Origin: Mycobacteriaceae bacterium
GTDB taxonomy: Bacteria; Actinomycetota; Actinomycetes; Mycobacteriales; Mycobacteriaceae
Direction: 5' to 3'
Length of the DNA stretch: 64,000 bases
Assembly: GCA_037141465.1 (NCBI GenBank)
Contig: JBAXCK010000001.1
Coordinates: 5,439-69,438 of the forward strand
The notes beneath the pieces were generated by a model. It was given only the letters and a program-made list of their open reading frames with translations, was not told where the DNA came from and did not search any database. Positions 41,728 to 55,420 of the stretch are shown in pieces. The number at the start of each line of letters is the position of its first letter. Positions within the stretch are counted from its first letter, which is position 1. Position numbers and translations under genes: made by a program.

Positions 41728-41899
41728 AACCGAGCTTCGGTCGGCTGTTCCGTTGCGGGATCCGTCGCCGCGCCGTAGTTTTTCAATTACGTCCTGAACG
41801 CGAGGACCTGCCGACGGATCGCGATGTCCGACTGTCGATGCTTTTCACCAAAGGCGGAGAGCGGCTGTCGACCGTTTCGAGGGGTCGGTCGGCCGCCGC

Positions 41900-44218
41900 T
41901 CAGTCCTCCAGTGCCCCGACCACCGTGCGAAGCACGCTGACGGCCCCGGACTTGTCCAGAGGGTCATTGCCGTTGCCGCACTTGGGTGACTGCACGCACG
42001 ACGGACAGCCCCTGGGGCATTCGCACGCCGCGATCGCCTCGGCGGTCGCGCGCAGCCATGCCGCCGCCGATTGGAAGCCGCGTTCGGCGAAGCCGGCGCC
42101 GCCCGGGTGGCCGTCGTAGACGTAGACGGTTGGCAGGCCGGACTCGCCGACCGCGGTGGACAGTCCGCCGATGTCCCCCCGGTCGCAACTGGCGAACAGC
42201 GGCAGCAGTCCGATGGCCGCATGCTCGGCGGCGTGCAGAGAGCCCGGTGTCCGGATCGGCTCGATACCGTTGCGCTGCAGGGCCTCCGGCGTGATCGTGT
42301 ACATGCAGGCGTATGTCTGCAGATTGCGCTGCGGCATGTCCAGTTCGACGAAGTCGATCACCTCACCGGAGAGACTTCGGCGCAGGTAGCCGACTACCTG
42401 ATGCGTCACCGACACCGGAACCAGTCCCACGGTGATCTCGCCGTGGCTGCGGCGTTCGCCCTCACCGGTGGCGGTGATGTCGGTGATCTCGCGGGCGAAT
42501 GTGCTGTAACCGGGATCTTCGAGATGCACGAATGCCACCCGGGCGTCGAGGTCGAGGGAATCGACGATGTAGGTCTCACCCTGATGCAGATAGACCGCCC
42601 CCGGATGCACCGTCGCCGGAGCGCGCCCGGCCTCGGTGCTGCCGATCATGCGACCGGTGTCGGCCTCGATGATCGCCACGCTTCCGCCGGCGGATCCGCG
42701 GATGTCGACGTCGTGGTGCGGATCAAGACCGGGAGCCGGGTAGTAGCGCCCCGAGCGCCTGCGCAGCAGTCCTTTGGCCACCAGGTCGTCGGCGACCGGC
42801 TCGGCGTGCCAGGCACTGACCTCCGAAGGCTCCAGGGGCAGTTCGGTGGCCGCGCAGAGCAGTTGCGGCCCGACCACGTAGGGGTTGGTGGGGTCGATCA
42901 CCACCCGCTCCACCGGTTTGCCCAGCAGAGCCTCGGGGTGGTGCACCAGGTAGGTGTCCAGTGGATCGTCACGGGCGATGAGCACCACAAGCGCCCCCTG
43001 ACCTCGGCGGCCGGAGCGGCCTGCCTGCTGCCAGAAGGAGGCGACGGTGCCGGGAAACCCCGCCATCAGCACCGCGTCCAGCCCTGCGATGTCGATGCCC
43101 AGCTCCAACGCGTTGGTGGTCGCCAGCCCGCGCAGCCCGCCGTCGGCGAGTGCCTGCTCGAGGGCGCGGCGGTCCTCGGCCAGGTATCCGGCGCGATAGG
43201 AGGCGATGGTGTCGGGCAGATCCGGGGCGATGTCGCCCAGCCGCGCTCTGGCGCCGAGTGCGGTCAATTCGGCGCCGCGGCGGGATCGCACGAAGGTCAG
43301 GGTGCGCGCACCTTCGGCGACCAGGTCGGCCATCACCCGCGCGGCGTCGGCGCCGGCTGAACGGCGAACCGGTGCGCCGTTCTCTCCCGTCATGTCCGCG
43401 CGCAGTTCGGGCTCCCAGAGCGCGATGGTTCGCGCGCCGTGCGGGGAGCCGTCCTCGGTCACCTCGGCGACGGGCCGGCCGATGAGTTCACCGGCGCTCT
43501 CTCCCGGCGAGGCCGTGGTGGCGCTGGCGAATACGACGGTGGGTCCGGGGGAATCGGCTGCGGCATGACGCTCGCAGAGCCGAAGCAGGCGACGTAGCAC
43601 CATCGCCACGTTTGAGCCGAAAACACCACGGTAGTAATGACATTCGTCGACAACGATGTAGCGAAGACCGCGGAGGAAGACCGCCCAGCGCGCATGGTTG
43701 CGCAACAGTGACAGATGAATCATGTCCGGATTGGAGAACAGCCATCGCGAATGCATCCGTGCCAGCTTGCGCGCCTCGGTCGCAGTGTCGCCGTCGTAGG
43801 ACATCGGCGCCGCATCAGCGAGGCCCGGGATGGCGGCGCTCAGCGCGTGAGCGGCTCGGAGCTGATCGTGGCCGAGCGCCTTAGTCGGCGACAGGTACAG
43901 CGCGCGGGCGCGTCCGTCACGCAGGAGCGCGTCGAGAACCGGCAGCTGGAATGCCAGCGACTTGCCCGAGGCCGTGCCGGTACTGACCACCACGTCATGT
44001 CCGCGCCGTGCAAGATCGGCGGCCAGCACCTGGTGGGTCCACGGCACCGTGATGCCTCGTGCGGCGAGCGCGGCAAGCACCTCGGGATGCACCCAGTCGG
44101 GCCAGCTGCCGGGCATGGCCGTACGGGCCGGCACCTCGGTGACGTGGCGCAGCGATGCGGCCGCCCCCGGGTCGGCGCCTCCGCACACGGCCGCCAGCAG
44201 GTCGGCGCCGAACGTCAT
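41900..44218 (-). CDS. DEAD/DEAH-box helicase with DUF1998 (Rv3649/SftH type)
   Basis: TGTASGKS, DECH, SAT, QQAGRSGR; C-terminal C.C..GCPSC. Confidence 0.94.
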   Translation of the reverse strand: MTFGADLLAAVCGGADPGAAASLRHVTEVPARTAMPGSWPDWVHPEVLAALAARGITVPWTHQVLAADLARRGHDVVVSTGTASGKSLAFQLPVLDALLRDGRARALYLSPTKALGHDQLRAAHALSAAIPGLADAAPMSYDGDTATEARKLARMHSRWLFSNPDMIHLSLLRNHARWAVFLRGLRYIVVDECHYYRGVFGSNVAMVLRRLLRLCERHAAADSPGPTVVFASATTASPGESAGELIGRPVAEVTEDGSPHGARTIALWEPELRADMTGENGAPVRRSAGADAARVMADLVAEGARTLTFVRSRRGAELTALGARARLGDIAPDLPDTIASYRAGYLAEDRRALEQALADGGLRGLATTNALELGIDIAGLDAVLMAGFPGTVASFWQQAGRSGRRGQGALVVLIARDDPLDTYLVHHPEALLGKPVERVVIDPTNPYVVGPQLLCAATELPLEPSEVSAWHAEPVADDLVAKGLLRRRSGRYYPAPGLDPHHDVDIRGSAGGSVAIIEADTGRMIGSTEAGRAPATVHPGAVYLHQGETYIVDSLDLDARVAFVHLEDPGYSTFAREITDITATGEGERRSHGEITVGLVPVSVTHQVVGYLRRSLSGEVIDFVELDMPQRNLQTYACMYTITPEALQRNGIEPIRTPGSLHAAEHAAIGLLPLFASCDRGDIGGLSTAVGESGLPTVYVYDGHPGGAGFAERGFQSAAAWLRATAEAIAACECPRGCPSCVQSPKCGNGNDPLDKSGAVSVLRTVVGALED

Positions 44219-44479
44219 CGCCCTCCCTTTCGCCCCTCCGCGGAGACTAATCCAGGTTCAGACTGTCTTAACCGCGCCGAACGTGGTTGGATGAGGGTGG
44301 TCGCAGCTTCTGTGTTCGTGTCTCCACAATCGCAGGATCTTGACGTTGCGATCGCAGTTCCTGCGAGGGTCTGTGTGCCGGAGTGATCCGGCAACTCTTC
44401 TAAGGATGGCGGTCCCAACTGGCCCGGCTGCCGAAACATCGGCGGACCGCACCGTAGTAAGAGAAGGAAAGTACGAAAG

Positions 44480-44683
44480 ATGCCACAGGGAACTGTGAAG
44501 TGGTTCAACGCGGAGAAGGGCTTCGGCTTTATCGCCCCGGAGGACGGCTCCGCCGATGTATTCGTCCACTACACGGAGATCCAGGGTTCGGGCTTCCGCA
44601 CCCTGGAAGAGAACCAGAGGGTTGAGTTCGAGGTAGGCCAGAGCCCCAAGGGCCCGCAGGCCACCGGCGTACGCGCCGTCTAA
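44480..44683 (+). CDS. cspA: Cold-shock protein A (preceded by a long, probably untranslated leader)
   Basis: [24 protein letters not shown]. Confidence 0.97.
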   Translation: MPQGTVKWFNAEKGFGFIAPEDGSADVFVHYTEIQGSGFRTLEENQRVEFEVGQSPKGPQATGVRAV

Positions 44684-44693
44684 TCCGCTCCAA

Positions 44694-44790
44694 CGAGACA
44701 ACACCCCCGTGCGCTCCCGGTTACCCGGGAGTGGCGGGGGTGTTCTCGTGGGGGTGTTCTCGTGGGGGTGTTCTCGCGGGGATGTTCCTG
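44694..44790 (+). terminator. cspA terminator hairpin whose 3' arm is a 14-bp tandem repeat GGGGGTGTTCTCG(T/C) x3 plus a degenerate fourth copy
   Basis: 5' arm AACACCCCC pairs with each copy (44736, 44750, 44764). Confidence 0.7.
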
Positions 44791-44845
44791 TCTGACCGGC
44801 CGGTGATGGAGCTCGGCGGTCCGCGACTGGCTTACTGTCAAAGCC

Positions 44846-45424
44846 GTGAGTCAGCTGTCGTTCTTCTCCGCCGAGTCGGTGCCGCCCGCGGTCACCGATC
44901 TCACCGGGGTGCTTGCGGCAGCCGGCCAGGTGGTGACGGTCGGAACCGGCGCGAGGCTGTCTGTCGTGGTGGAGAGTCTGTGGCGGGCGACCGCACTGGC
45001 CGAGATGATCACCGCCGCCGGTCTGCAGGCCGAGATCACCCGGACCGAGGAGGACACCCCGCTGGTGCGCACCGCGGTCGAACCGGCGCTGCTGACCATG
45101 GCCGCACAGTGGACCCGGGGCGCGGTCAAGACGGTACCGCCGCAGTGGCTGCCGGGACCCCGCGAGCTCAGGTCCTGGACGCTGGCCTCCGGGCACCCCG
45201 AGGCTGACCGCTACCTGCTGGGTCTGGACCCGCATGCACCCGACACCCACTCGCCGCTGGCGTCGGCTCTCATGCGGGTCGGGATAGCCCCCACTCTGAT
45301 CGGGACCAGAGGCGCCCGCCCGGCTCTGCGCATCAGTGGCCGCCGGCGACTATTGCGCCTGGTAGAGAACGTGGGGGAACCACCGGAGGACCCCGAGGCG
45401 TTGGCCTCCTGGCCGCGGGTCTGA
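44846..45424 (+). CDS. Conserved hypothetical protein (Rv3647c ortholog)
   Basis: MSQLSFFSAESVPPAVTDL.G; TACTGT -10 box 7 nt upstream. Confidence 0.9.
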   Translation: MSQLSFFSAESVPPAVTDLTGVLAAAGQVVTVGTGARLSVVVESLWRATALAEMITAAGLQAEITRTEEDTPLVRTAVEPALLTMAAQWTRGAVKTVPPQWLPGPRELRSWTLASGHPEADRYLLGLDPHAPDTHSPLASALMRVGIAPTLIGTRGARPALRISGRRRLLRLVENVGEPPEDPEALASWPRV

Positions 45425-45549
45425 TCGGCGGGCCGCGGAGAGCCGGTTTGCATCGGCGGCTGTCGTGGTGCCACATTGTGAACAGTCCCGGGACGGAAGA
45501 CCCCGTGGAAACCCCGTAGAACCATAGAAAGAGTGGAGCGTAAGCGCAG

Positions 45550-48357
45550 GTGGCTGGCGACGATCGAACCGGTTCTCCCGGCGGCGGCCGGCGGCTCGTC
45601 ATCGTCGAGTCGCCCACCAAGGCGCGTAAAATCGCCGGTTACCTGGGACCCGGCTACATCGTGGAGTCCTCCCGCGGCCACATCCGGGATCTGCCCAAGG
45701 GTGCTGCTGATGTGCCCGCGAAGTACAAGAAGGAGAAGTGGGCGCGCACCGGGGTCGACGTCGACAACGACTTCGAGCCGCTCTACGTGGTCAGCCCGGA
45801 CAAGAAGGCCGTCGTCGCCGAACTCAAGAGCCTGCTCAGGGGGGTCGACGAGCTCTACCTCGCCACCGACGGTGACCGCGAGGGCGAGGCGATCGCCTGG
45901 CACCTGCTCGAGACGCTCAAACCGTCGGTGCCGGTGCGCCGGATGGTGTTCCACGAGATCACCGAGCCCGCCATCCGCGAGGCCGCGGCCAACCCGCGCG
46001 AACTCGACACCGACCTGGTAGACGCCCAGGAGACCCGGCGCATCCTGGACCGTCTCTACGGCTACGAGATCAGTCCGGTGCTGTGGAAGAAGGTCGGGCC
46101 GCGGCTGTCCGCCGGCCGGGTGCAGTCCGTGGCGACCCGGATCATCGTTCAGCGCGAACGCGAGCGCATGGCCTTCCGCAGCGCGGCCTACTGGGACATC
46201 CTCGCCGAGCTGGATGCGAGCGTGTCCGACCCCGGAGCCAGCCCGCCGCGCTTCACCGCTCGGCTGATCAACGTCGACGGCAAGCGCGTCGCGGCCGGAC
46301 GGGACTTCGACTCGGTCGGCGCGGTGAAGAAGCCCGACGAGGTCCTGGTGCTCGACGAGGCCGCCGCCACCGGCCTTGCCGAAGGCCTGCGTGGTGCGGC
46401 GCTGACGGTGGCCTCGGTGGAGGAGAAGCCCTACACCCGCCGCCCGTATCCGCCGTTCATGACCTCCACCCTGCAGCAGGAGGCCGGCCGCAAACTGCGT
46501 TTCAGCGCCGAGCGCACCATGAGCGTCGCTCAGAAGCTTTACGAGAACGGCTACATCACCTATATGCGCACCGACTCGACCACGTTGTCGCAGTCGGCCA
46601 TCAACGCGGCGCGCAACCAGGCCGGCCAGCTCTACGGCGAGGAGTATCTGCATCCCTCACCGCGCCAGTACACGCGCAAGGTGAAGAACGCCCAGGAGGC
46701 CCATGAGGCGATCCGGCCGGCTGGCGACACGTTCGCGACGCCGGGAGCGCTGCGCGCTGAGCTCGACACCGACGGCTACCGGCTCTACGAGCTGATCTGG
46801 CAGCGCACCGTCGCCTCACAGATGGCCGACGCCCGGGGCACGACGCTCAGCCTTCGGATCACCGGAACCGAGCCGGACGGTCGTGAGGTCACCTTCAGCG
46901 CCAGCGGCCGGACCATCACCTTCCCCGGATTCATGAAGGCCTACGTCGAGACCGTCGACGAACTCGTAGGCGGTGAGGCCGATGATGCCGAGAGCCGGCT
47001 TCCGCAGCTTCGCCAGGGTCAGCGGGTGGACGCCGTCAGTCTGAACCCGGACGGGCACGCCACGACTCCGCCCGCCCGCTACACCGAGGCGTCGTTGATC
47101 AAAGCCCTTGAGGATCTCGGAATCGGCCGCCCCTCAACGTATTCCTCGATCATCAAGACCATCCAGGACCGCGGCTATGTTCACAAGCGCGGCAGTGCGC
47201 TGGTGCCGTGCTGGGTGGCGTTCGCCGTCACGGGCTTGCTCGAGCAGCATTTCGCGCGGTTGGTCGACTACGACTTCACCGCCGCGATGGAGGACGAACT
47301 CGACGAGATCGCCTCCGGGCATGAGCGTCGCACCAACTGGCTGCACAACTTCTACTTCGGTGGCGAGCACGGTGTTCCGCACTCGATCGCTCGCGCCGGC
47401 GGACTGAAGAAACTCGTGGGCATCAACCTTGAAGGCATCGATGCCCGCGGCGTCAACTCCATCTACATGTTCGACGACGAACACGGCCGCCCGATTTATG
47501 TGCGCGTCGGCAAGAACGGGCCCTACCTCGAGCGGATGGTCACCGGCGAGGACGGCGAGCCGACACCTCAGCGGGCCAACCTCAGCGACGAGATCACACC
47601 CGACGAACTGACTCTGGAATTGGCCGAGACCCTCTTCGCCACCCCGCAGGAGGGCAGGGTTCTCGGCGTCGACCCGGAGACCGGGCACGAGATCATCGCG
47701 CGCGACGGCCGTTACGGCCCCTATGTCACCGAGGCGCTGCCGCCCCCACCGGACGACGAGGACGGGGTGGGCGCCAAGAAGAGCAAGAAGCCGACCGGGC
47801 CGAAGCCGCGTACCGGATCGCTGCTCAAGTCGATGGATCTGCGGACGGTGACACTGGAGGATGCGCTGCGACTGCTGTCGCTTCCGCGGGTCGTCGGCGT
47901 CGATCCGGCCAGCGGTGAGGAGATCACCGCTCAGAACGGTCGCTACGGTCCCTATCTCAAGCGCGGCACCGACTCGCGCTCGCTGGCCACCGAGGATCAG
48001 ATCTTCGACATCACCCTCGACGAGGCGCTGAGGATCTACGCCGAGCCGAAGCGTCGTGGCCGCACCGGTGCGGCTGCGCCGCCGCTTCGTGAACTCGGTG
48101 CGGATTCGGCCACGGGCAAGCCGATGGTGGTCAAGGACGGGCGGTTCGGGCCCTACGTCACCGACGGCGAAACCAACGCCAGCCTGCGCAAGGGCGATGA
48201 CGTCATGAGCATCACCGACGAGCGTGCCTCGGAATTGCTGGCCGACCGCCGCGCCCGCGGACCGGTCAAGAAGGTGGCCCGGAAAGCCGCGAAGAAGACC
48301 GCGAAGAAAGCCCCGGCCAAGAAGGCCGCGAAAAAAGCCGCCGCCAAAAAGGTCTGA
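45550..48357 (+). CDS. topA: DNA topoisomerase I
   Basis: IVESPTKA, ATDGDREGE, SAGRVQS, GYITYMRTDS; Lys/Ala-rich C-terminal tail. Confidence 0.98.
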   Translation: MAGDDRTGSPGGGRRLVIVESPTKARKIAGYLGPGYIVESSRGHIRDLPKGAADVPAKYKKEKWARTGVDVDNDFEPLYVVSPDKKAVVAELKSLLRGVDELYLATDGDREGEAIAWHLLETLKPSVPVRRMVFHEITEPAIREAAANPRELDTDLVDAQETRRILDRLYGYEISPVLWKKVGPRLSAGRVQSVATRIIVQRERERMAFRSAAYWDILAELDASVSDPGASPPRFTARLINVDGKRVAAGRDFDSVGAVKKPDEVLVLDEAAATGLAEGLRGAALTVASVEEKPYTRRPYPPFMTSTLQQEAGRKLRFSAERTMSVAQKLYENGYITYMRTDSTTLSQSAINAARNQAGQLYGEEYLHPSPRQYTRKVKNAQEAHEAIRPAGDTFATPGALRAELDTDGYRLYELIWQRTVASQMADARGTTLSLRITGTEPDGREVTFSASGRTITFPGFMKAYVETVDELVGGEADDAESRLPQLRQGQRVDAVSLNPDGHATTPPARYTEASLIKALEDLGIGRPSTYSSIIKTIQDRGYVHKRGSALVPCWVAFAVTGLLEQHFARLVDYDFTAAMEDELDEIASGHERRTNWLHNFYFGGEHGVPHSIARAGGLKKLVGINLEGIDARGVNSIYMFDDEHGRPIYVRVGKNGPYLERMVTGEDGEPTPQRANLSDEITPDELTLELAETLFATPQEGRVLGVDPETGHEIIARDGRYGPYVTEALPPPPDDEDGVGAKKSKKPTGPKPRTGSLLKSMDLRTVTLEDALRLLSLPRVVGVDPASGEEITAQNGRYGPYLKRGTDSRSLATEDQIFDITLDEALRIYAEPKRRGRTGAAAPPLRELGADSATGKPMVVKDGRFGPYVTDGETNASLRKGDDVMSITDERASELLADRRARGPVKKVARKAAKKTAKKAPAKKAAKKAAAKKV

Positions 48358-48374
48358 CGGCTCCGCGCCGGGCG

Positions 48375-48746
48375 TCAGAACCGCAGCGCCACCCCGATCA
48401 GTGCCGCCACTCCGAGGGTGGCGATGAAGACCGCCATGACCCCGGAGATGGAATACGACGCGGTGGTGTCGAACTCCTTCCGCAGCTCGCGCAGTGCCTG
48501 GCGATGCTGCAGCCACGCCAAGGCCAGGGCGATGAGTCCGGCTCCGATGAGCACGAGAGCGAAAATCTTCGGACTCACCAGCGGTTCGCGCAACTGCGAC
48601 GCGGTGGTCAGGTACTCCATGAACTGGAAGATGCCGAATCCGAAGGCGATCATCGAGGTAGAGGTGCGGATCCAGGCCATCAGGGTGCGCTCCAGTGCCA
48701 GCCGGTTACGGTCGGCTGCCAGTCGTGTGTTGGCATCCAGCGTCAC
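48375..48746 (-). CDS. DUF202/YidH family membrane protein
   Basis: RLAADRNRLALERTLMAWIRT; GTGA overlap with the cyclase stop. Confidence 0.88.
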   Translation of the reverse strand: MTLDANTRLAADRNRLALERTLMAWIRTSTSMIAFGFGIFQFMEYLTTASQLREPLVSPKIFALVLIGAGLIALALAWLQHRQALRELRKEFDTTASYSISGVMAVFIATLGVAALIGVALRF

Positions 48747-50329
48747 TGTGACATCTCCGAAAGTTTCTCGGGCACAGCCAGATTCACCGGCCGAGCGAGT
48801 TGGGTCGGAGCCGATCGACCTCGCAACTCCACGATCTCGCCAACGTCCCAGCACAGAGCCTCGGAATCCAGTGCGCTGCTGACGGCGATCGCAGAAGCGA
48901 GCACATGGCCCTCCTCGAGCTTGGCCAACTCAGTGAGCCGTGCTGCCTCGTTGACCGGATCGCCGATCACCGTGTACTCGAATCGGGCCTGCGCGCCGAT
49001 GTGTCCGGCGATCGCGCGGCCAGATGACACACCGATACCGAACTCGACCTGTCCCAGGACCGATACGAGCTCGTCGTGCAACTCCCGGGACGCGGCGAGC
49101 GCGGCACCGGAGGCATCCGGATGCTCGATGGGGGCCCCGAAGATGCAGAGAGCCGCATCGCCCTGGAACTTGTTGACGAAGCCGCCGTGCTTCGGAACGG
49201 TGTCGACCACCACCCGGAAGAACTCGTTGAGCAGTCCCACCACCTCGGCCGGCGGGCGGCTGGCGGCCAGCTGGGTGGAGCCGACCAGATCGACGAAGAG
49301 CACGGCGACGTCGCGCTCCTGTCCGCCGAGTTCGGTACCCCGCTCCAATGCCCGGCGGGCGACGTCCTCGCCGACGTAGCGGCCGAAGAGGTCGCGCATG
49401 CGCTGACGCTCGGAGAGCTCGCGCACCATGTCGTTGAAGCCGGATTGCAGCAGCCCCAGTTCGCTTGCGTCATAGATCTGCATGTGCGCGTTGTAGTTCC
49501 CGCGCTGAACCTCCCCGAGAGCCCAGCGCAGCTGCCGAAGCGGATCGGAGATCGCCATCGCCGACAGGACGTTGCCGGCCAGACCGATCAGAAGCGCCGC
49601 GATCGCCATCAGCAGGATGGGTGCGAACAGACTGTCGGGGGAGGAGTCGAGCACCGAGAGCTTGCTGCCCATGATGGAGAGGATGATCATCAGCAGCGGG
49701 ACACCCGTGGACAGCACCCATGCCAGCACGAGGCGCAGAACCACGCCCGGCCGCCGGAAGTTCTCCGGAATCCCGCCGCGAAGCGCGGCCACCGCCACCG
49801 GGCGGAGCACCCGTTCGGATTGCAGATAGCCGATGATCGCGGTCGCGGTGGCGCCCAGCAGCGTCGCGACCGCCAGCACCGGTGCCGCGTGGCTGGCGAC
49901 CGGCCAGCTGGCGCCGATGAACACCACGGCGCCGAGCAGCCACATGGTCATGCTGATCATCGAGCGGTAGGCGGGCATCCGCAGCGCCCGCAACCGCGCC
50001 TGCTCGGTGGCGGCCGGGTCTGCTTCGGTCAGCAGCGCGTCACGCCGTTGCCAGCGGAACACCGGCCGCAACAGCGTGAAGCTGATCGAGGCGCCGACGA
50101 CGAATGACAGCACCAGGTAGCTGAGGAAGATCGCCAGGTTGACGGTGGGCAGATCCTGAAGTTTGACCCGGTCTGCCGGCGGCAGACCGAACCGCAGGAA
50201 ACCGAGCACCAGCAATGCGCCGATGATGTCGGCCTGCAGCAGTCCGAGGGAGAACACCGGCCACGGGGTGCGCGCCAGCCAGCGGACGAAGTCGCGTACC
50301 CGCCCGCGCCGGTCCCGCGCGTTGGTCAC
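48743..50329 (-). CDS. Membrane class III adenylate cyclase with HAMP domain (Rv3645 ortholog)
   Basis: Six TMs, HAMP, VLFVDLVGST, KFQGDA, YTVIGDPVNEAARL. Confidence 0.94.
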   Translation of the reverse strand: MTNARDRRGRVRDFVRWLARTPWPVFSLGLLQADIIGALLVLGFLRFGLPPADRVKLQDLPTVNLAIFLSYLVLSFVVGASISFTLLRPVFRWQRRDALLTEADPAATEQARLRALRMPAYRSMISMTMWLLGAVVFIGASWPVASHAAPVLAVATLLGATATAIIGYLQSERVLRPVAVAALRGGIPENFRRPGVVLRLVLAWVLSTGVPLLMIILSIMGSKLSVLDSSPDSLFAPILLMAIAALLIGLAGNVLSAMAISDPLRQLRWALGEVQRGNYNAHMQIYDASELGLLQSGFNDMVRELSERQRMRDLFGRYVGEDVARRALERGTELGGQERDVAVLFVDLVGSTQLAASRPPAEVVGLLNEFFRVVVDTVPKHGGFVNKFQGDAALCIFGAPIEHPDASGAALAASRELHDELVSVLGQVEFGIGVSSGRAIAGHIGAQARFEYTVIGDPVNEAARLTELAKLEEGHVLASAIAVSSALDSEALCWDVGEIVELRGRSAPTQLARPVNLAVPEKLSEMSQ

Positions 50330-50388
50330 CAGCCCACCGTAGCCGTCCTGAGGTGTGTGTCGTCCTCGAGCACTAGTGTTTGCAGGCG

Positions 50389-51588
50389 ATGTCCGGGGTT
50401 TTCACGCGGTTGGTCGGCCAGAGCGCAGTCGAGGCCGAACTGGTCGCCGCCGCAGCGGCGGCCCGGGGTGATTTAGCTCACCCGGCTGCGGGGTCGATGA
50501 CCCATGCCTGGCTCGTCACCGGCCCACCCGGTTCCGGCCGCTCGATCGCCGCGCAGTGTTTCGCGGCCGCCCTGCAGTGCATCGGCGAGGGCACACCCGG
50601 GTGCGGGGAGTGCCGCGCGTGCACCACGGCGATGGCCGGCACGCATGCCGACATCCGCCGCATCGTCCCCGAGGGCTTGTCCATCGGAGTGGACGAGATG
50701 CGCGCCATCGTGGCGACCGCCTCGCGCCGTCCGAGCACCGGCCGCTGGCAGATCGTCGTCATCGAGGACGCCGACAGGCTCACCGAGGGCGCGGCCAATG
50801 CGCTGCTGAAGGTGGTCGAGGAACCGCCGCCGTCGACGGTGTTCCTGTTGTGCGCACCGTCGGTGGACCCCGACGACATCGCGATCACCCTGCGTTCGCG
50901 GTGTCGGCACGTCGCGCTGGTGACGCCTACGGCGGCGGCCATCGCCCAGGTCCTGATGGAGCGCGACGGACTCGCCGAGTCCGAGGCGCATCTTGCCGCG
51001 GCGGTCAGCGGCGGACATGTCGGCCGCGCCCGTCGGCTGGCCACCGATCCGGAGGCGCAGTCGCGCCGATCCCGTGCGCTGGGTCTGGCACGTGACGCGG
51101 CGACACCCAGTCGGGCGTACGCCGCCGCCGAGGAACTCGTCGCCGCCGCCGAGGCCGAAGCGCTGGCGCTCAACGAGGGCCGCGACGAGGCCGAGAGCGA
51201 GGAGTTGCGCACCGCCCTCGGTGGCGGCGGCACCGGCAAGGGTGCGGCGGGTGCCCTTCGCGGATCGGCCGGCGCGCTCAAGGAACTGGAGAAACGGCAG
51301 AAGTCACGGAAGACCCGCGCCTCCCGCGACGCACTGGATCGCGCGCTGATCGATCTCGGCGGTTACTTCCGCGATGCGCTCATGGTGGCCAGCGGGGCGC
51401 CGATGGTCACGCCCAACCACCCGGACATGGCGGAGAAGGTGGCGTCGATGGCCGCGCACGCGTCGCCCGACCGGCTGCTGAGGTGTATCGAAGCGGTTCT
51501 GGTCTGTCGTGAAGCGCTGGCGAGCAACGTCAAACCCAAGTTCGCGGTTGACGCCCTGGTGGCCACGGTGGGACAGGAGCTTCGGTAA
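50389..51588 (+). CDS. holB: DNA polymerase III subunit delta' (Rv3644c ortholog)
   Basis: THAWLVTGPPGSGRS, Zn Cys cluster, ANALLKVVEEPP, SRC. Confidence 0.92.
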   Translation: MSGVFTRLVGQSAVEAELVAAAAAARGDLAHPAAGSMTHAWLVTGPPGSGRSIAAQCFAAALQCIGEGTPGCGECRACTTAMAGTHADIRRIVPEGLSIGVDEMRAIVATASRRPSTGRWQIVVIEDADRLTEGAANALLKVVEEPPPSTVFLLCAPSVDPDDIAITLRSRCRHVALVTPTAAAIAQVLMERDGLAESEAHLAAAVSGGHVGRARRLATDPEAQSRRSRALGLARDAATPSRAYAAAEELVAAAEAEALALNEGRDEAESEELRTALGGGGTGKGAAGALRGSAGALKELEKRQKSRKTRASRDALDRALIDLGGYFRDALMVASGAPMVTPNHPDMAEKVASMAAHASPDRLLRCIEAVLVCREALASNVKPKFAVDALVATVGQELR

Positions 51589-51626
51589 GCTCAGCCCTCG
51601 GCATCCGGTCATGGTCGGCCTGCCAC

Positions 51627-51699
51627 GCCGCCTTAGCTCAGTCGGTAGAGCGATTCACTCGTAATGAATAGGTCGGGGGTTCGATTCCCCCAGGCGGCT
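51627..51699 (+). tRNA. tRNA-Thr(CGT)
   Basis: Acceptor GCCGCCT/AGGCGGC; anticodon arm ATTCA-CTCGTAA-TGAAT; GGTTCGATTCC. Confidence 0.97.
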
Positions 51700-51763
51700 C
51701 GATTACCGCAGTTCAGGATGGCAGGACCGGAAAATTGTCAGACCCCGGTGAGAAAATGCGCTC

Positions 51764-52287
51764 ATGCCTGACGCTGCCGACTCTGCCGACTCTGCCGACT
51801 CTGCCAACCCCGATACCGATTCCGTACTGACCGATGATTCCCTACTGACCGATGATCTGGAAGATCCCATCGCCGCCGTTGTCGCGGTGGAGGTCTCCCG
51901 CCGATTCATCCAGCTGTGCATGTGCGCCGCGGAGCCGGTCGTCGCCGATCTGCTGCGTCGGGAGCCGATGCTGCGCAAGCCGGGCGGGATCGATCTCGCC
52001 GAGCGTCGGATCGCGCAGCGGCTCTACCACCGCTTCGATCCGCAGGTGCTCGCGATCATGCAGGTCTGTGTGCCGCTGGCCCACGCCGAGTTCGCGTTCT
52101 CCCGGATGGAGGAGATGTTGCGCGCCCAGCTCGGCGACATCATCAAGACCGCCGCAAGCTACCTTCTCAGCGACGGCCGTGACACCGCCCTGCAGATGAT
52201 GACGGTGGCGACCACGATGGCCGCCCGCGACGTGCAGGCCGCCACCGCCACCATCATCGCCGACAGTCACCTCACCGAGGACGATCA

Positions 52288-52291
<4 letters not shown>
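51764..52291 (+). CDS. Hypothetical protein, 175 aa, with a repetitive acidic N-terminus
   Basis: Fills the gap between tRNA-Thr and the Rv3635-like gene; plausible coding composition; no family recognised. Confidence 0.65.
51775..51853. repeat. In-frame tandem repeats: TGCCGACTC x3 and GATTCC(G/C)TACTGACCGAT x2
   Basis: Units at 51775/51784/51793 and 51818/51836. Confidence 0.9.

Positions 52292-55416
<3,125 letters not shown>

Positions 55417-55420
<4 letters not shown>

Noticed and set aside
48280-48357. Lys/Ala repeat tail of TopA
   Set aside because: A known feature of actinobacterial TopA
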